This document shows, piece by piece, positions 10,185-20,401 of a stretch of DNA of 64,000 nucleotides; the first letter of the stretch is position 1; every line of letters starts with the position of its first letter. The translations under genes and the position numbers were made by a program. Location: positions 40,835 to 104,834 of the forward strand of contig CAJQRF010000011.1 in the NCBI GenBank assembly GCA_905612235.1, in the 5' to 3' direction. Under the pieces are notes generated by a model, which worked only from the letters and a program-made list of their open reading frames with translations, searched no databases and had not been told where the DNA came from. This stretch comes from an uncultured Pelagibacteraceae bacterium. Lineage in GTDB: Bacteria; Pseudomonadota; Alphaproteobacteria; Pelagibacterales; Pelagibacteraceae.

Positions 10185-11090
10185 ATGAAAAACAAATATC
10201 CAAGAAATATGATTGGTTATGGGTCAAAAACTCCTACTATAAAATGGCCAAATAACTCAAAATTAGCTCTTCAAATAGTTTTAAATTATGAAGAGGGTTC
10301 AGAGAGCTGTGTTTTGCATGGAGATGGACATTCAGAAACTTTTTTATCAGAAATGGTTGGGGCTTTGCCTGTAAAAGGAAGACATATAAATATGGAATCG
10401 TTTTATGAATATGGTTCTCGTAGAGGTTTTTGGAGAATTCATGAAATGTTTCAAGAAAAAAAAATACCTTTAACTATTTTTGGTGTGGGGATGGCGTTAG
10501 AAAGAAATCAAAAAATATGTAATGCAATAAAAGAAGCTAACTATGAAGTAGCATCACATGGATGGAAATGGATTGATTATCAAAATGTATCAAAAGCTAA
10601 CGAAAAAAAACATATGGGTCTAGCAATAAAATCTATTAAAAAAATATTTGGTCAAAGACCTTTAGGTTGGTACACCGGCAGGTGTAGTTCAAATACAAGA
10701 GATTTAGTAATGGAAGAAGGTGGTTTCCTTTATGATAGCGATTCATACAGCGATGATCTTCCTTACTGGGAAGTTCGAGGTAAAAAGAAACAATTAATTA
10801 TCCCATATACGTTAGATAATAATGATATGAAGTTTGCTACCAGTCAAGGATTTAATAATGGTGATCAATTTTACACTTACTTGAAAGATAGTTTTGATAC
10901 CCTTTATAATGAAGGACAAACAAAACCCAAAATGATGTCTGTAGGATTACATTGTCGCTTAATAGGAAGGCCTGGAAGAATACAATCTTTAAAAAAGTTC
11001 CTTGATTATGTTCTAAAACATGACGATGTTTGGATCTGCAAACGCATAGACATTGCTCATCACTGGATAAAAAATTACTCAAATATTTAA
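10185..11090 (+). CDS. puuE: PuuE-type allantoinase (polysaccharide deacetylase fold)
   Basis: 301 aa; LQIVLNYEEGSESCVLHGD is very close to the PuuE signature; followed by allantoicase. Confidence 0.75.
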   Translation: MKNKYPRNMIGYGSKTPTIKWPNNSKLALQIVLNYEEGSESCVLHGDGHSETFLSEMVGALPVKGRHINMESFYEYGSRRGFWRIHEMFQEKKIPLTIFGVGMALERNQKICNAIKEANYEVASHGWKWIDYQNVSKANEKKHMGLAIKSIKKIFGQRPLGWYTGRCSSNTRDLVMEEGGFLYDSDSYSDDLPYWEVRGKKKQLIIPYTLDNNDMKFATSQGFNNGDQFYTYLKDSFDTLYNEGQTKPKMMSVGLHCRLIGRPGRIQSLKKFLDYVLKHDDVWICKRIDIAHHWIKNYSNI

Positions 11091-11098
11091 ATTTTTTT

Positions 11099-12094
11099 AT
11101 GAAAAAGAATAAATATATTTATACAAATGGATTAATTGATTTAGCTCAATCAAGATTAGGATCAAAAATTGTTTTTAAGACTGATGAATTTTTTGCTCCA
11201 GCTAGTCGAATTATAAACCCACTGCCGCCTGTATTTAAAGAAGGTGTTTTCGACTTACATGGAAAATGGATGGATGGATGGGAAACTAGGAGAAAAAGAA
11301 AAAAAGGCCATGACTATTTAATAATAAAACTTGGAAAACCTGGTAGAGTTTCTAAAGTTAATATTGATACATCCTTTTTTAATGGAAACCAACCAACGCA
11401 AGTTTCTTTAGAAGCATGTTTTAGTAAAAAAAATATTCCATATAAAAAAATAAAGTGGAATAAAATACTAAGCAATAAAAAAATAAAAGCAAATAATCAT
11501 CATTTTTTTAATATAAAAAGCAAAACTATTTATTCTCATATTAAATTAAATATTTTTCCTGATGGGGGTATTGCTAGACTTAGAATTTATGGTTCTATAG
11601 ATAATAATAAAATTAAATTTAAAAAAAAAATGATTAATCTTACTTCAGTTTTAAATGGTGCATCGATAATAGCATGTAACAACGAACACTTTGGTAAAGC
11701 TGAAAATATATTAGCTCCAGGCATGGGGAAAAATATGGGTGATGGATGGGAAACTAGAAGAAGCAGAGGAAAGAATTTTGATTGGCTTATACTAAAATGT
11801 GTCACCGCTGGAAAAGTAAATAAAATTCAGATTGATACCCATCACTTTAAGGGAAATTTTCCAGATGCATGTAGTTTACAAGCTGCTTATATAACAAAGA
11901 ATAATACACCTCAATTAATTGTTCAAAATTCTAATAAATGGAAATTATTATTAAATAAAGTAAAGTTAGGACCTCATCGAAAACATAATTTTCAAAATAC
12001 TTTAATGAAGAATACTAAAATAAATTATGTTAAAATTAATATATTTCCTGATGGTGGCATATCAAGAATAAGATTGTTTGGAAATCCAAAATAA
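11099..12094 (+). CDS. alc: allantoicase
   Basis: Two repeated allantoicase modules, each with DGWETRR. ATG at 11099; the track start at 11030 overlaps puuE and is an extension. Confidence 0.85.
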   Translation: MKKNKYIYTNGLIDLAQSRLGSKIVFKTDEFFAPASRIINPLPPVFKEGVFDLHGKWMDGWETRRKRKKGHDYLIIKLGKPGRVSKVNIDTSFFNGNQPTQVSLEACFSKKNIPYKKIKWNKILSNKKIKANNHHFFNIKSKTIYSHIKLNIFPDGGIARLRIYGSIDNNKIKFKKKMINLTSVLNGASIIACNNEHFGKAENILAPGMGKNMGDGWETRRSRGKNFDWLILKCVTAGKVNKIQIDTHHFKGNFPDACSLQAAYITKNNTPQLIVQNSNKWKLLLNKVKLGPHRKHNFQNTLMKNTKINYVKINIFPDGGISRIRLFGNPK

Positions 12095-12588
12095 TGGAAA
12101 CTATTATAAAACCTGTTAAAGTTACAAAAGATAACTTTTCTGATTTTGGAGACGTAATATCTTCAGAAAATATAAAGCCAATTGATATTAACGCAGGTTA
12201 CGCAAAGAGATTTGATGATCTAGCCAATATTAATACTCTTAAAGGTGAGGGAAAAACTATAGTAAGTATTTTTTCTGCACTAAAAAGAAACTTTCCCATT
12301 GAGATTGATATGATGGAAAAACACCCATTGGGTAGCCAAGCTTTTATTCCAATGATTAAAACAACTTTTTTAGCATTTGTTGCGCCTCAAGGAGATTTGC
12401 CAGAAATTAATAAAATTAAATCTTTTGTTATCCCTCCTTCAAAAGGAATAAATTACAAGCCAGGTATTTGGCATTTTCCTTTAATTTCTACTGAAGATAC
12501 TGATTACCTGGTAATTGATAGAAAAGGAGACGGAGACAACTTAATTATTCATCAATTTAGTAAAGAAAAAATCATTCTTAAATACTAA
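12094..12588 (+). CDS. allA: ureidoglycolate lyase
   Basis: 164 aa, HPLGSQAFIP motif, start overlaps the alc stop (TAATG). Confidence 0.8.
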   Translation: METIIKPVKVTKDNFSDFGDVISSENIKPIDINAGYAKRFDDLANINTLKGEGKTIVSIFSALKRNFPIEIDMMEKHPLGSQAFIPMIKTTFLAFVAPQGDLPEINKIKSFVIPPSKGINYKPGIWHFPLISTEDTDYLVIDRKGDGDNLIIHQFSKEKIILKY

Positions 12589-12715
12589 TACTTCAAATGT
12601 ATTATGGACCGTAAATATAGTTCGGCAACCATAAAACAATTTGTGGAAATACAAATGCACCAACTATAATGATTGCTGAAAAAGCTGCAGACATGATAAT
12701 AGAAGATGACAAATT

Positions 12716-13291
12716 ATGATTGAACAAATAATTATTTTTTTTCAAATAGTTTTTATAGACCTAGTCTTAGCAGGAGATAATGTAATTATTATCGGCATGG
12801 TGGCTTCTAAGTTTGATCTCAAATTAAGAAAAAAAATTATATTTTGGGGTATAGGAGCTGCAATTATCTTAAGAATTATATTTACTTTAATCACCGCATA
12901 TTTGCTTCAAATTAATGGTCTTAAATTTATAGGAGGATTACTACTGCTATATATTTCCTATAAACTTTATAAAGATGTAATTAAAAATAAAACAGAAAAT
13001 GAAGCTAATATTAAAGTTGATAAATCAAGTTTTTTTAAAGCAATTATGACAGTAATTATTGCAGATGTAAGCATGAGTTTAGATAATGTGCTGGGAGTTG
13101 CTGGTGCAGCCAAAGATCATTACATTTTATTAATTTTTGGTTTAATTTTATCTATTATTTTGATGGCTACAGTAGCTAATATTATATCTACATGGATAAA
13201 AAAATATAGATGGATTGGTTGGATAGGATTGTTTGCGATAGTGGTAGTTGCGATAGATTTAATTTATAGTGATTTAAAATTATTTTTATAA
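12716..13291 (+). CDS. TerC/YjbE family integral membrane protein
   Basis: 191 aa, duplicated AGDNVIIIG / [12 protein letters not shown] motifs. Confidence 0.75.
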   Translation: MIEQIIIFFQIVFIDLVLAGDNVIIIGMVASKFDLKLRKKIIFWGIGAAIILRIIFTLITAYLLQINGLKFIGGLLLLYISYKLYKDVIKNKTENEANIKVDKSSFFKAIMTVIIADVSMSLDNVLGVAGAAKDHYILLIFGLILSIILMATVANIISTWIKKYRWIGWIGLFAIVVVAIDLIYSDLKLFL

Positions 13292-13293
13292 AT

Positions 13294-14061
13294 ATGTATC
13301 TTAAAAAAATAAATTTAAAAAATAAAACTGCCTTAGTTACTGGTGCAGGAAAAGGTATTGGCTTAGCTTGTGCTGTTGCTTTAGCTGAGGCTGGGGCTAA
13401 TTTAATTATCATTAGCAGAACTCAGAAAGATCTAGATAAAGTTGCTAAAATAATAAGAACATTTAAATCTAAATGTGTTTCTTACGCTTGCGATGTTACC
13501 AATTACTCGCAAATAAAAAGCTTCATAAATAAACAAAAAAAAATTGATATTTTGGTAAATAACGCTGGAACTAATATTCCTGAACATTTTACAAAAGTAA
13601 AAAAAAAAAATATGGAATATTTAGTTAAACTTAATACCGTAGCAACTTTTAATATAGCTCAACTATGTACTTTAAAAATGCTTGAATCAAAAAATAGAAA
13701 AAAAATAGGTGGTTCAATTATTAATATGTCTTCTCAAATGGCTCATGTGGGTGGTCCTACCAGAAGTGTTTACAATATGACAAAAGCTGGATTGGAAGGT
13801 TTGACTAAAGGTATGGCGCTTGATTTAGCAAAGAGTAATATTAGAGTCAATACGGTATGCCCAACTTTTATAGTTACTCCTATGACAAAAAAATTTCTTA
13901 AGGATAAAAAATTTAAAGAAACTATGTTAAAAAATATTCCATTAGGGAGATTTGCTCAAACAAGTGATGTGGCTACTACCGTTGCTTTTTTAGCTTCAGA
14001 TGCTTCTTCAATGATAACAGGAACTTCAATACTTATCGATGGTGGTTGGACAGCAATGTAG
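13294..14061 (+). CDS. short-chain dehydrogenase/reductase (SDR)
   Basis: TGAGKGIG cofactor motif and a YNMTK (YxxxK) catalytic motif. Contains an in-frame A12 run at 13599-13610. Confidence 0.85.
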   Translation: MYLKKINLKNKTALVTGAGKGIGLACAVALAEAGANLIIISRTQKDLDKVAKIIRTFKSKCVSYACDVTNYSQIKSFINKQKKIDILVNNAGTNIPEHFTKVKKKNMEYLVKLNTVATFNIAQLCTLKMLESKNRKKIGGSIINMSSQMAHVGGPTRSVYNMTKAGLEGLTKGMALDLAKSNIRVNTVCPTFIVTPMTKKFLKDKKFKETMLKNIPLGRFAQTSDVATTVAFLASDASSMITGTSILIDGGWTAM

Positions 14062-14165
14062 AAAAGAAATTTGTATAGATCTAAGATACTATAATCCAAT
14101 CAAATATAATAATACATAATGATTTAATTTTTGTTAGGAATGATTTTGAAGTATAAGATAATAAT

Positions 14166-14537
14166 ATGAGTAATTTTACAGATGTAAAAGTGTTTATGGA
14201 AACTTTTGGCCAAATGGTAAGAACTAAACCAAATTTTCCAGACGATAAAACTATGCAGCTTAGACTTGATTTAATTAAAGAAGAGTTGAGTGAATTAGAA
14301 GAGGCGATGAAAACTAAAAATCTAAAAGAAATTGCTGATGCTTTAACTGATATTTTGTATGTCACTTATGGTGCGGGATATGCGTATGGCATAGATTTAG
14401 ACCAATGTTTTAAAGAAGTGCAAAGAGCAAATATGAGTAAATTGGGAAAAGATGGAAAACCTATTTATAATGAAAAAGGTAAAGTAATGAAAGGACCTAA
14501 TTATATTGGTCCAAACCTCAAGCCGTTTGTAGAGTGA
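14166..14537 (+). CDS. MazG-like nucleoside triphosphate pyrophosphohydrolase family protein
   Basis: 123 aa all-alpha; EELSELEEA...DALTDILYV resembles the MazG/HisE-like metal-binding helices. Confidence 0.55.
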   Translation: MSNFTDVKVFMETFGQMVRTKPNFPDDKTMQLRLDLIKEELSELEEAMKTKNLKEIADALTDILYVTYGAGYAYGIDLDQCFKEVQRANMSKLGKDGKPIYNEKGKVMKGPNYIGPNLKPFVE

Positions 14538-14884
14538 GCAAAAGAAAAATAACAGACCCATTTAATGTAAAATTTAAACCATTTAATAACTATGGTTCAC
14601 CAATTCCTGGAATGAGTTGGCATAAAATTACTTATAAACAAAAAACAGGACAAGGAACTTATATATTAAAAATGGAACCAGGTGCAAAAAGCAAACTCCA
14701 TAAACATGTAGATTTTGAAGAATTTATTATGCTTGATGGTGATCTGATTGATCCTGACAATAAAACTTTTAAAAAAGGAGACATCGTAACATTCGCGCCA
14801 GGCACTAGTCATTCTTCTTACACAAAAAATGGTTGTTTAATTCTAGTTTTTATGAGAGCTCTTAACAAAGCAATTAACAAATAA
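14534..14884 (+). CDS. cupin domain protein
   Basis: 116 aa; HKHVDFEEFIMLDGDL...PGTSH fits a cupin two-motif pattern. GTG start overlaps the upstream stop. Confidence 0.5.
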   Translation: MSKRKITDPFNVKFKPFNNYGSPIPGMSWHKITYKQKTGQGTYILKMEPGAKSKLHKHVDFEEFIMLDGDLIDPDNKTFKKGDIVTFAPGTSHSSYTKNGCLILVFMRALNKAINK

Positions 14885-14914
14885 AACTAATAAATTTTAA
14901 GGAATTAAATTAGC

Positions 14915-15643
14915 ATGATTGGAATTTTAGGTGGAATGGGAACGCAGGCTGGCCTAGATTTCTGCAATAAGTTAGCAATTTTAAATAGAGGTAAAGTTGA
15001 TCAAAAGTATCCGATCTTCATATTATACAATAAATCAAATATTCCTGGGAGACCTGAAAACTTACACAAATACAACAAAGTATTAAAAAGTTTAATTAAA
15101 GGATGTCTTTTACTTCAAAAAAATAAATGTAAATTTATTGTTATTCCTTGTAACACTGCGCATTATTGGTACGACGATTTACAAAAAAGAATTAGAATCC
15201 CAATAATTAGTATGCCTAAAGAAGTATATCTACACGCTAAAAAAAATTGTAAAAACAATTCTAAAATAGGAATTCTTGCTACTGAAGAAACGTTAAAAAC
15301 TAACGTTTATTATAAGTTTTTTTATAAAAACTTCAGTCTAATAAGTCCAAAAAAATCTTTACAAACTAAAAATGTCAATAAAGCAATTAAATATGTAAAA
15401 ATGGGAAAAATTAAAAATGCAGAACAAATTATAAAGCCCGCTATCAATTATTTAATAAAAATGAAATGTAGCAAAATAATATTAGGATGTACTGAGTTGC
15501 CGATAGCAATTTTTGCATTTAAATCTTTTAAAAAAATAAAGTTATCTAAGATTTTTTTAGACCCTAATTTAATATTAGCCAGTGCTTCAATGAAAAAATA
15601 CAAAAGTTTTCAAGCGAGAGGATTAAAACAAATAAAGAGCTAA
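14915..15643 (+). CDS. aspartate/glutamate racemase family protein
   Basis: Both catalytic-cysteine motifs are present: PCNTAHYW and GCTELP. Confidence 0.8.
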   Translation: MIGILGGMGTQAGLDFCNKLAILNRGKVDQKYPIFILYNKSNIPGRPENLHKYNKVLKSLIKGCLLLQKNKCKFIVIPCNTAHYWYDDLQKRIRIPIISMPKEVYLHAKKNCKNNSKIGILATEETLKTNVYYKFFYKNFSLISPKKSLQTKNVNKAIKYVKMGKIKNAEQIIKPAINYLIKMKCSKIILGCTELPIAIFAFKSFKKIKLSKIFLDPNLILASASMKKYKSFQARGLKQIKS

Positions 15644-15657
15644 AAAAATCTTTGTAA

Positions 15658-16272
15658 TTACATTTCACCAACTAATTGAGCTAAAACATAAAAAGCCAAG
15701 AAGGACATAAATATAATAATTAATATATTTATTATTTTCCAGATTTCTTCAGTTTTAAGATAGTTAGATAAATGCTTAGAGGCATATCCAATGAAAAAGA
15801 AAAATATTATTGATGATGTGGATGCTCCCAAACCAAAAAATATTTTTTGTTTTAACATAAGATCTTTAGAAAAATTACCTAAGAAAAAAACAGTATCAGA
15901 ATACACGTGTGGATTAAGGTAAGTAAAACCTAATGTTTTAAATATGATTGGTATCAATGATTCTTTATTATTCTTAACACTTAAATTCAATTTATCTATT
16001 TTAGTATTAATTTTACTCCATATAAAATGTAATAAAAAAATTAATAATAATATATTTAAAATAAATTCAATAAATGGTGTAAAAAAATCTTGAAAAAAAT
16101 GAAATACAAAAATTCCTAAAAAAATTAATAAAAAATCAGAAATTGAACAAATCAAACAAACAATAAAGGTGTACTCTTTTTTTAAACCCTGCTCTATTAC
16201 AAAAATATTTTGTGCTCCTATGGCTAAAATCAAACTCATTCCAGTAACAAAACCAAGGATTAAGTAACTCAT
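15658..16272 (-). CDS. LysE/ArgO family amino-acid exporter
   Basis: 204 aa, six-TM pattern, N-terminal GxxxGxSLILAIGAQN typical of LysE. Confidence 0.75.
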   Translation of the reverse strand: MSYLILGFVTGMSLILAIGAQNIFVIEQGLKKEYTFIVCLICSISDFLLIFLGIFVFHFFQDFFTPFIEFILNILLLIFLLHFIWSKINTKIDKLNLSVKNNKESLIPIIFKTLGFTYLNPHVYSDTVFFLGNFSKDLMLKQKIFFGLGASTSSIIFFFFIGYASKHLSNYLKTEEIWKIINILIIIFMSFLAFYVLAQLVGEM

Positions 16273-16277
16273 AATTA

Positions 16278-17039
16278 TTATCTTCTTTTGTTTAAAAATT
16301 TATTAATTACATTATTAAACTCTTTAACTTTTTCTAAATGAATGTTGTGAGCGCAATCTTTAAAAATAACAAGTGAACTATTTGAAATATGATGATTTAA
16401 AGTTTGAGCTTGTTTTCTATTATACGATTTATCTTTATCTCCCCACACAATTAAAGTTTCATTTTTTATATTTTTTAAATTTTTCAGACCATTCCAATTT
16501 TTCATAGCTATCAAAGCATTATCTGCTGTTTCAGCAGTGGTGAAATTATCAGTACCAGAGCAAAGATAAAAATGCTTTGCTTTTTCTCTTTCAATAAACC
16601 ATGTTTTGGCAATTTTAAGCGCTGTTGTTTGCAATCCATTTTTTTTAATTTTTTCTCTAGATTTGTCAATTGTTTCAAATCGTCCAGGCATTTCTCCTAT
16701 TGGACCTGTGCTGTAACAAACTAACTTTGAAATTTTTTCTCCGTTTATTTTTGCCATTTCTTGAACAATCATACCCCCCATTGAATGTCCTAATAGATTA
16801 TACTTATTTATTTTTTTTTCTTTTAAACAATTTACTAACAATTTGGCGATTGACTTTATGCAATTATGTGATTTTATATTTTTGCTTTTACCAAAACCTG
16901 GGAGGTCTGGAGCAATTACTCTAAAGCTTTTTTTAAAAAAATTTATTTGAGGCTTCCATATTTTGGACGAACCTAAAAAACCGTGAACAAATACTAGAGG
17001 AAAACCTTTTCCTATATCTTCAATGTATATATCATGCAT
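16278..17039 (-). CDS. alpha/beta hydrolase
   Basis: HGFLGS oxyanion region and a GHSMGG nucleophile elbow. Confidence 0.8.
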   Translation of the reverse strand: MHDIYIEDIGKGFPLVFVHGFLGSSKIWKPQINFFKKSFRVIAPDLPGFGKSKNIKSHNCIKSIAKLLVNCLKEKKINKYNLLGHSMGGMIVQEMAKINGEKISKLVCYSTGPIGEMPGRFETIDKSREKIKKNGLQTTALKIAKTWFIEREKAKHFYLCSGTDNFTTAETADNALIAMKNWNGLKNLKNIKNETLIVWGDKDKSYNRKQAQTLNHHISNSSLVIFKDCAHNIHLEKVKEFNNVINKFLNKRR

Positions 17040-17987
17040 TTAATTTAAAGATTTAGGTAATTTAAAGGTTACACTTTCTTTTGTTAGAACAATTTCTTCA
17101 ATAATAACTTTGCAGTGTTTTTTTATTTCATTAATAAGATTTTGAACTAATTGCTCAGGCGCAGATGCTCCAGAAGTAATTCCTATTTTTTTACTTTTAA
17201 TAATTAAATCAATTGGCAGTTTTTCACCAAAAGTTATTAGTTCTGAGTTGATGCAGCCAGATTTTTTTGCTACTTCGATCAATCTTTGGGAATTTGATGA
17301 ATTTTCACTTCCAACTACAAAAAACATATCACACATAGGTGCAATTTTTTTAACAGCTTCCTGTCGATTTGTTGTTGCATAACAAATATCTTCTTTGATA
17401 GGTGATTTTATTTTAGGAAATTTACTTTTGAATACGTCAATAATATCTTTCGTATCATCAACCGATAGTGTCGTCTGAGTAACATAAGACACTGGTTTAC
17501 TTATTTGTTTTTCATTTATATTTTGAGCATCTTCATATGTCTCAATTAATTTTATAGATCCTTTTGGAAGCTGACCCATTGTGCCGAGAACCTCTGGATG
17601 ATTTTTATGACCTACTAGAAATATATAATAACCATTTTTATAATGAAATTCAGCTTCTCTATGAACCTTTGTCACAAGAGGACATGTGGCATCTATATGA
17701 AACATTTTTTTAGAAGAGGCTTCTTCTGGAACTGATTTTGGAACGCCGTGAGCAGAAAAAATAACAGGTCTTGAATGGTCTTCTATTTCATTAAGTTCTT
17801 CTACAAAAACAGCACCTTTTTTTTTTAAATCATCTACTACATGTTTATTATGAACTATTTCATGTCTTACATAAACAGGTGTACCATATTTATCTAAAGC
17901 TTTTTCAACTATATCTATAGCTCTAACAACGCCAGCACAAAAACCTCTTGGGGCCGCTAAAAGTATTTTAATTTCTTTTTTTTTCAT
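17040..17987 (-). CDS. ispH: 4-hydroxy-3-methylbut-2-enyl diphosphate reductase
   Basis: 315 aa, PRGFCAGV and conserved cluster cysteines, full-length IspH/LytB pattern. Confidence 0.92.
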   Translation of the reverse strand: MKKKEIKILLAAPRGFCAGVVRAIDIVEKALDKYGTPVYVRHEIVHNKHVVDDLKKKGAVFVEELNEIEDHSRPVIFSAHGVPKSVPEEASSKKMFHIDATCPLVTKVHREAEFHYKNGYYIFLVGHKNHPEVLGTMGQLPKGSIKLIETYEDAQNINEKQISKPVSYVTQTTLSVDDTKDIIDVFKSKFPKIKSPIKEDICYATTNRQEAVKKIAPMCDMFFVVGSENSSNSQRLIEVAKKSGCINSELITFGEKLPIDLIIKSKKIGITSGASAPEQLVQNLINEIKKHCKVIIEEIVLTKESVTFKLPKSLN

Positions 17988-18156
17988 TTTTCTCTAATAA
18001 ATATTCAAGCAATATATGCGGAAATGTTAAAGACGCCAATCCAATAAATATAGTTTTTGTTAATAAGCTATTTAAGTATGCATCATTTAAATTAAACATA
18101 AATAAAGCTGAAAAAATAAATAAGACCCCAGTTAAAGCTGTTAAAGGAAACGACAT
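17968..18156 (-). CDS. small hypothetical membrane protein
   Basis: 62 aa, two hydrophobic segments, overlaps the ispH start by 20 nt on the same strand. No recognisable family. Confidence 0.3.
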   Translation of the reverse strand: MSFPLTALTGVLFIFSALFMFNLNDAYLNSLLTKTIFIGLASLTFPHILLEYLLEKNEKKRN

Positions 18157-18226
18157 AATAAGAAATTTTTACAAAGAAACGTCTTTAAAGAGCTTAAAAT
18201 AGATAATTTCAACTTTAAAAATGATT

Positions 18227-20002
18227 TTAAACTTGTTGAACCTTCATGTCTTTAATATTGATACCAGCTACTTGAACGGGTTTTTTCATAGCATCTCTTC
18301 TAAAAGGTTCACCCAATTCTTGGTTTAAAATTATTTCTATAAAAGTGGTTATGCCTTTTTTTTGATCTTCACATGATTGCTTGATTGCATTAGTAGTTTC
18401 TTCCATGGTTTTCACCGTAATACCTTTTAATCCACATGCGTCAGCTACTTTGGCATAACTTAATTCTGGATCTAACTCTGTACCAACGAAATTATCATCA
18501 AACCATAAAATAGAATTTCTTTTTTCAGCTCCCCATTGGTAGTTTCTAAAAATTACCATAGCAATCGCTGGCCATTCTTTTCTTGCGCAAGAACTCATTT
18601 CATTCATGCTGATGCCAAAAGCTCCGTCACCAGCAAAACCAATCACTGGGGTTTTAGGACAACCAATTTTTGCACCTAAAATAGATGGAAAGCCATAACC
18701 GCAAGGGCCGAAAAGTCCTGGTGCTAAATATTTTCTTCCTTTTTCAAAAGTTGGGTATGCATTTCCGATTGCACAATTATTACCTATATCACTAGATATT
18801 ATAACATCTTCCGGCATTCCTGCTTGAATAGCTCTCCACGCTTGTCTAGGTGACATTCTATCCTTATCTCTTTCTCTAGCCTCTTTATTCCAAACAGTTC
18901 CTTTGTCATCGTCTTCATGATCTAAACTTGATAATTTTTGTAACCAAGCAGATTTTGTTTGGTGAATTAAATTTTTTCTTTTTTCTCTACCAGTATCACC
19001 AGCATCAGATGAAAGTTTATCAAGTATTTGTTTCGCAACTAATTTTGCATCTCCACAAATCCCAACTGTTACTTTCTTGGTCAAACCTATTCTATCAGAA
19101 TTCATATCAACTTGAATTATACTTGCATCTTTAGGCCAATAATCCATTCCATAACCTGGTAAAGTTGAAAAAGGATTTAATCTTGTTCCAAGAGCTAAAA
19201 CAACATCAGCTTTAGAAATTAATTCCATTGCTGCCTTTGATCCATTGTATCCAAGTGGTCCAACTGCAAGAGCGTGGCTACCTGGAAAACTATCATTATG
19301 TTGATATCCCGAACATACAGGTGCATCTAATTTTTCTGCAAGTTTTTTACAATCCTCTATAGCTCCTCCAATAACAACACCTGCGCCTGATAAAATAACT
19401 GGAAATTTTGCTTCAGATAACAATTTTGCAGCTCTATTAATTGCTTCAAATCCTCCTGCTTGTCTTTCCAATCTAACTATTGGTGGTAACTCAATATCAA
19501 TAACTTGAGTCCAATAATCTCTTGGCACATTTATTTGTGCTGGAGCTGAACCTCTTATAGCTTTTTCAATGACACGATTTAAAACTTCTGCCATTCTTGA
19601 TGCGTCTCTAACTTCTTCTTGATAGCAAACCATATCTTTAAATAAATTCATTTGTTCTACTTCTTGAAATCCACCTTGACCCATTGTTTTATTTGCTGCT
19701 TGAGGTGTCACTAAAAGTAATGGAGTATGATTCCAGTAAGCTGTTTTTATTGGTGTTACTAATCCTGTAATACCTGGTCCATTTTGCGCAATAACCATTG
19801 ACATTTTTCCAGTTGATCTTGTATATCCGTCAGCAATTAAACCACCGTTAGTTTCATGAGCAACATCCCAGAATGTAATACCTGCTTTTGGAAATATATC
19901 TGAAATCGGCATAAATGCTGAGCCGATAATTCCAAAAGCATGTTCTATGCCATGCATTTGCAGCACTTTTACGAAAGCTTCTTCTGTTGTCATTTTTGTC
20001 AT
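18227..20002 (-). CDS. xsc: sulfoacetaldehyde acetyltransferase
   Basis: From the ATG at 20002 the protein starts MTKMTTEEAFVKVLQMHGIEHAFGIIGSAFMPISD, a characteristic Xsc N-terminus, with the ThDP motif GDGAFG...N. The 59 extra codons in the track ORF run into the divergent promoter and are rejected. Confidence 0.85.
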   Translation of the reverse strand: MTKMTTEEAFVKVLQMHGIEHAFGIIGSAFMPISDIFPKAGITFWDVAHETNGGLIADGYTRSTGKMSMVIAQNGPGITGLVTPIKTAYWNHTPLLLVTPQAANKTMGQGGFQEVEQMNLFKDMVCYQEEVRDASRMAEVLNRVIEKAIRGSAPAQINVPRDYWTQVIDIELPPIVRLERQAGGFEAINRAAKLLSEAKFPVILSGAGVVIGGAIEDCKKLAEKLDAPVCSGYQHNDSFPGSHALAVGPLGYNGSKAAMELISKADVVLALGTRLNPFSTLPGYGMDYWPKDASIIQVDMNSDRIGLTKKVTVGICGDAKLVAKQILDKLSSDAGDTGREKRKNLIHQTKSAWLQKLSSLDHEDDDKGTVWNKEARERDKDRMSPRQAWRAIQAGMPEDVIISSDIGNNCAIGNAYPTFEKGRKYLAPGLFGPCGYGFPSILGAKIGCPKTPVIGFAGDGAFGISMNEMSSCARKEWPAIAMVIFRNYQWGAEKRNSILWFDDNFVGTELDPELSYAKVADACGLKGITVKTMEETTNAIKQSCEDQKKGITTFIEIILNQELGEPFRRDAMKKPVQVAGINIKDMKVQQV

Positions 20003-20109
20003 AAAATATCTTTTTAAATAAATTTTTCTTAATATTGGCGTTTTTTTGCTTAATGTCAAAAAACTTACTTTAATTATATCAAATTTAGGTCTATATCCAG
20101 TAAGAAAAA

Positions 20110-20397
20110 ATGTCTCAAACAGATTTAATAATTCATGATGAAAAAGATAACGTTGCAGTAGTTGTTGTTGAAAAAACAACGAAAAATCAAGAATGCAATG
20201 GTTGGATTATGGAAAACGATAAAACCATTAACATTACATCAATCAATGAAATTCCATTAGGTCATAAAATAGCTCTACAGGATCTTAAAGAAGGCGATAC
20301 AATACTAAAATATGGTCATGATATTGGTAAAGTTGTTAAGCCAATAGCAAAAGGTGATCATGTTCATGTTCACAATGTCAAAACTAAGAAGTGGTAA
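20110..20397 (+). CDS. suyA: UxaA-family small (SAF-domain) subunit, probable (2R)-sulfolactate sulfo-lyase subunit alpha
   Basis: 95 aa SAF-like N-terminal module of the altronate-dehydratase family, encoded as a separate gene. Divergent from xsc. Confidence 0.6.
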   Translation: MSQTDLIIHDEKDNVAVVVVEKTTKNQECNGWIMENDKTINITSINEIPLGHKIALQDLKEGDTILKYGHDIGKVVKPIAKGDHVHVHNVKTKKW

Positions 20398-20401
20398 AAA
20401 T

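Noticed and set aside
12589-12715. Possible yybP-ykoY (Mn2+) riboswitch upstream of the TerC-family gene.
   Set aside because: TerC genes often carry one, but the conserved GGGGAGUAG, UUGACAUA and AGACC elements are absent from this leader.
13599-13610. A12 homopolymer inside the SDR gene as a second frameshift site.
   Set aside because: The run is read in frame (V-KKK-N) and the protein is intact on both sides. Noted only as a comparator for the cytochrome c case.
20003-20179. N-terminal extensions proposed by the ORF track for xsc (to 20179), and likewise for ccmG (4036), alc (11030), suyB (20354), metC (32517) and the GcvT-like gene (59969).
   Set aside because: The extensions overlap upstream genes or the divergent promoter, encode low-complexity sequence, and precede an internal ATG where the conserved family N-terminus begins.
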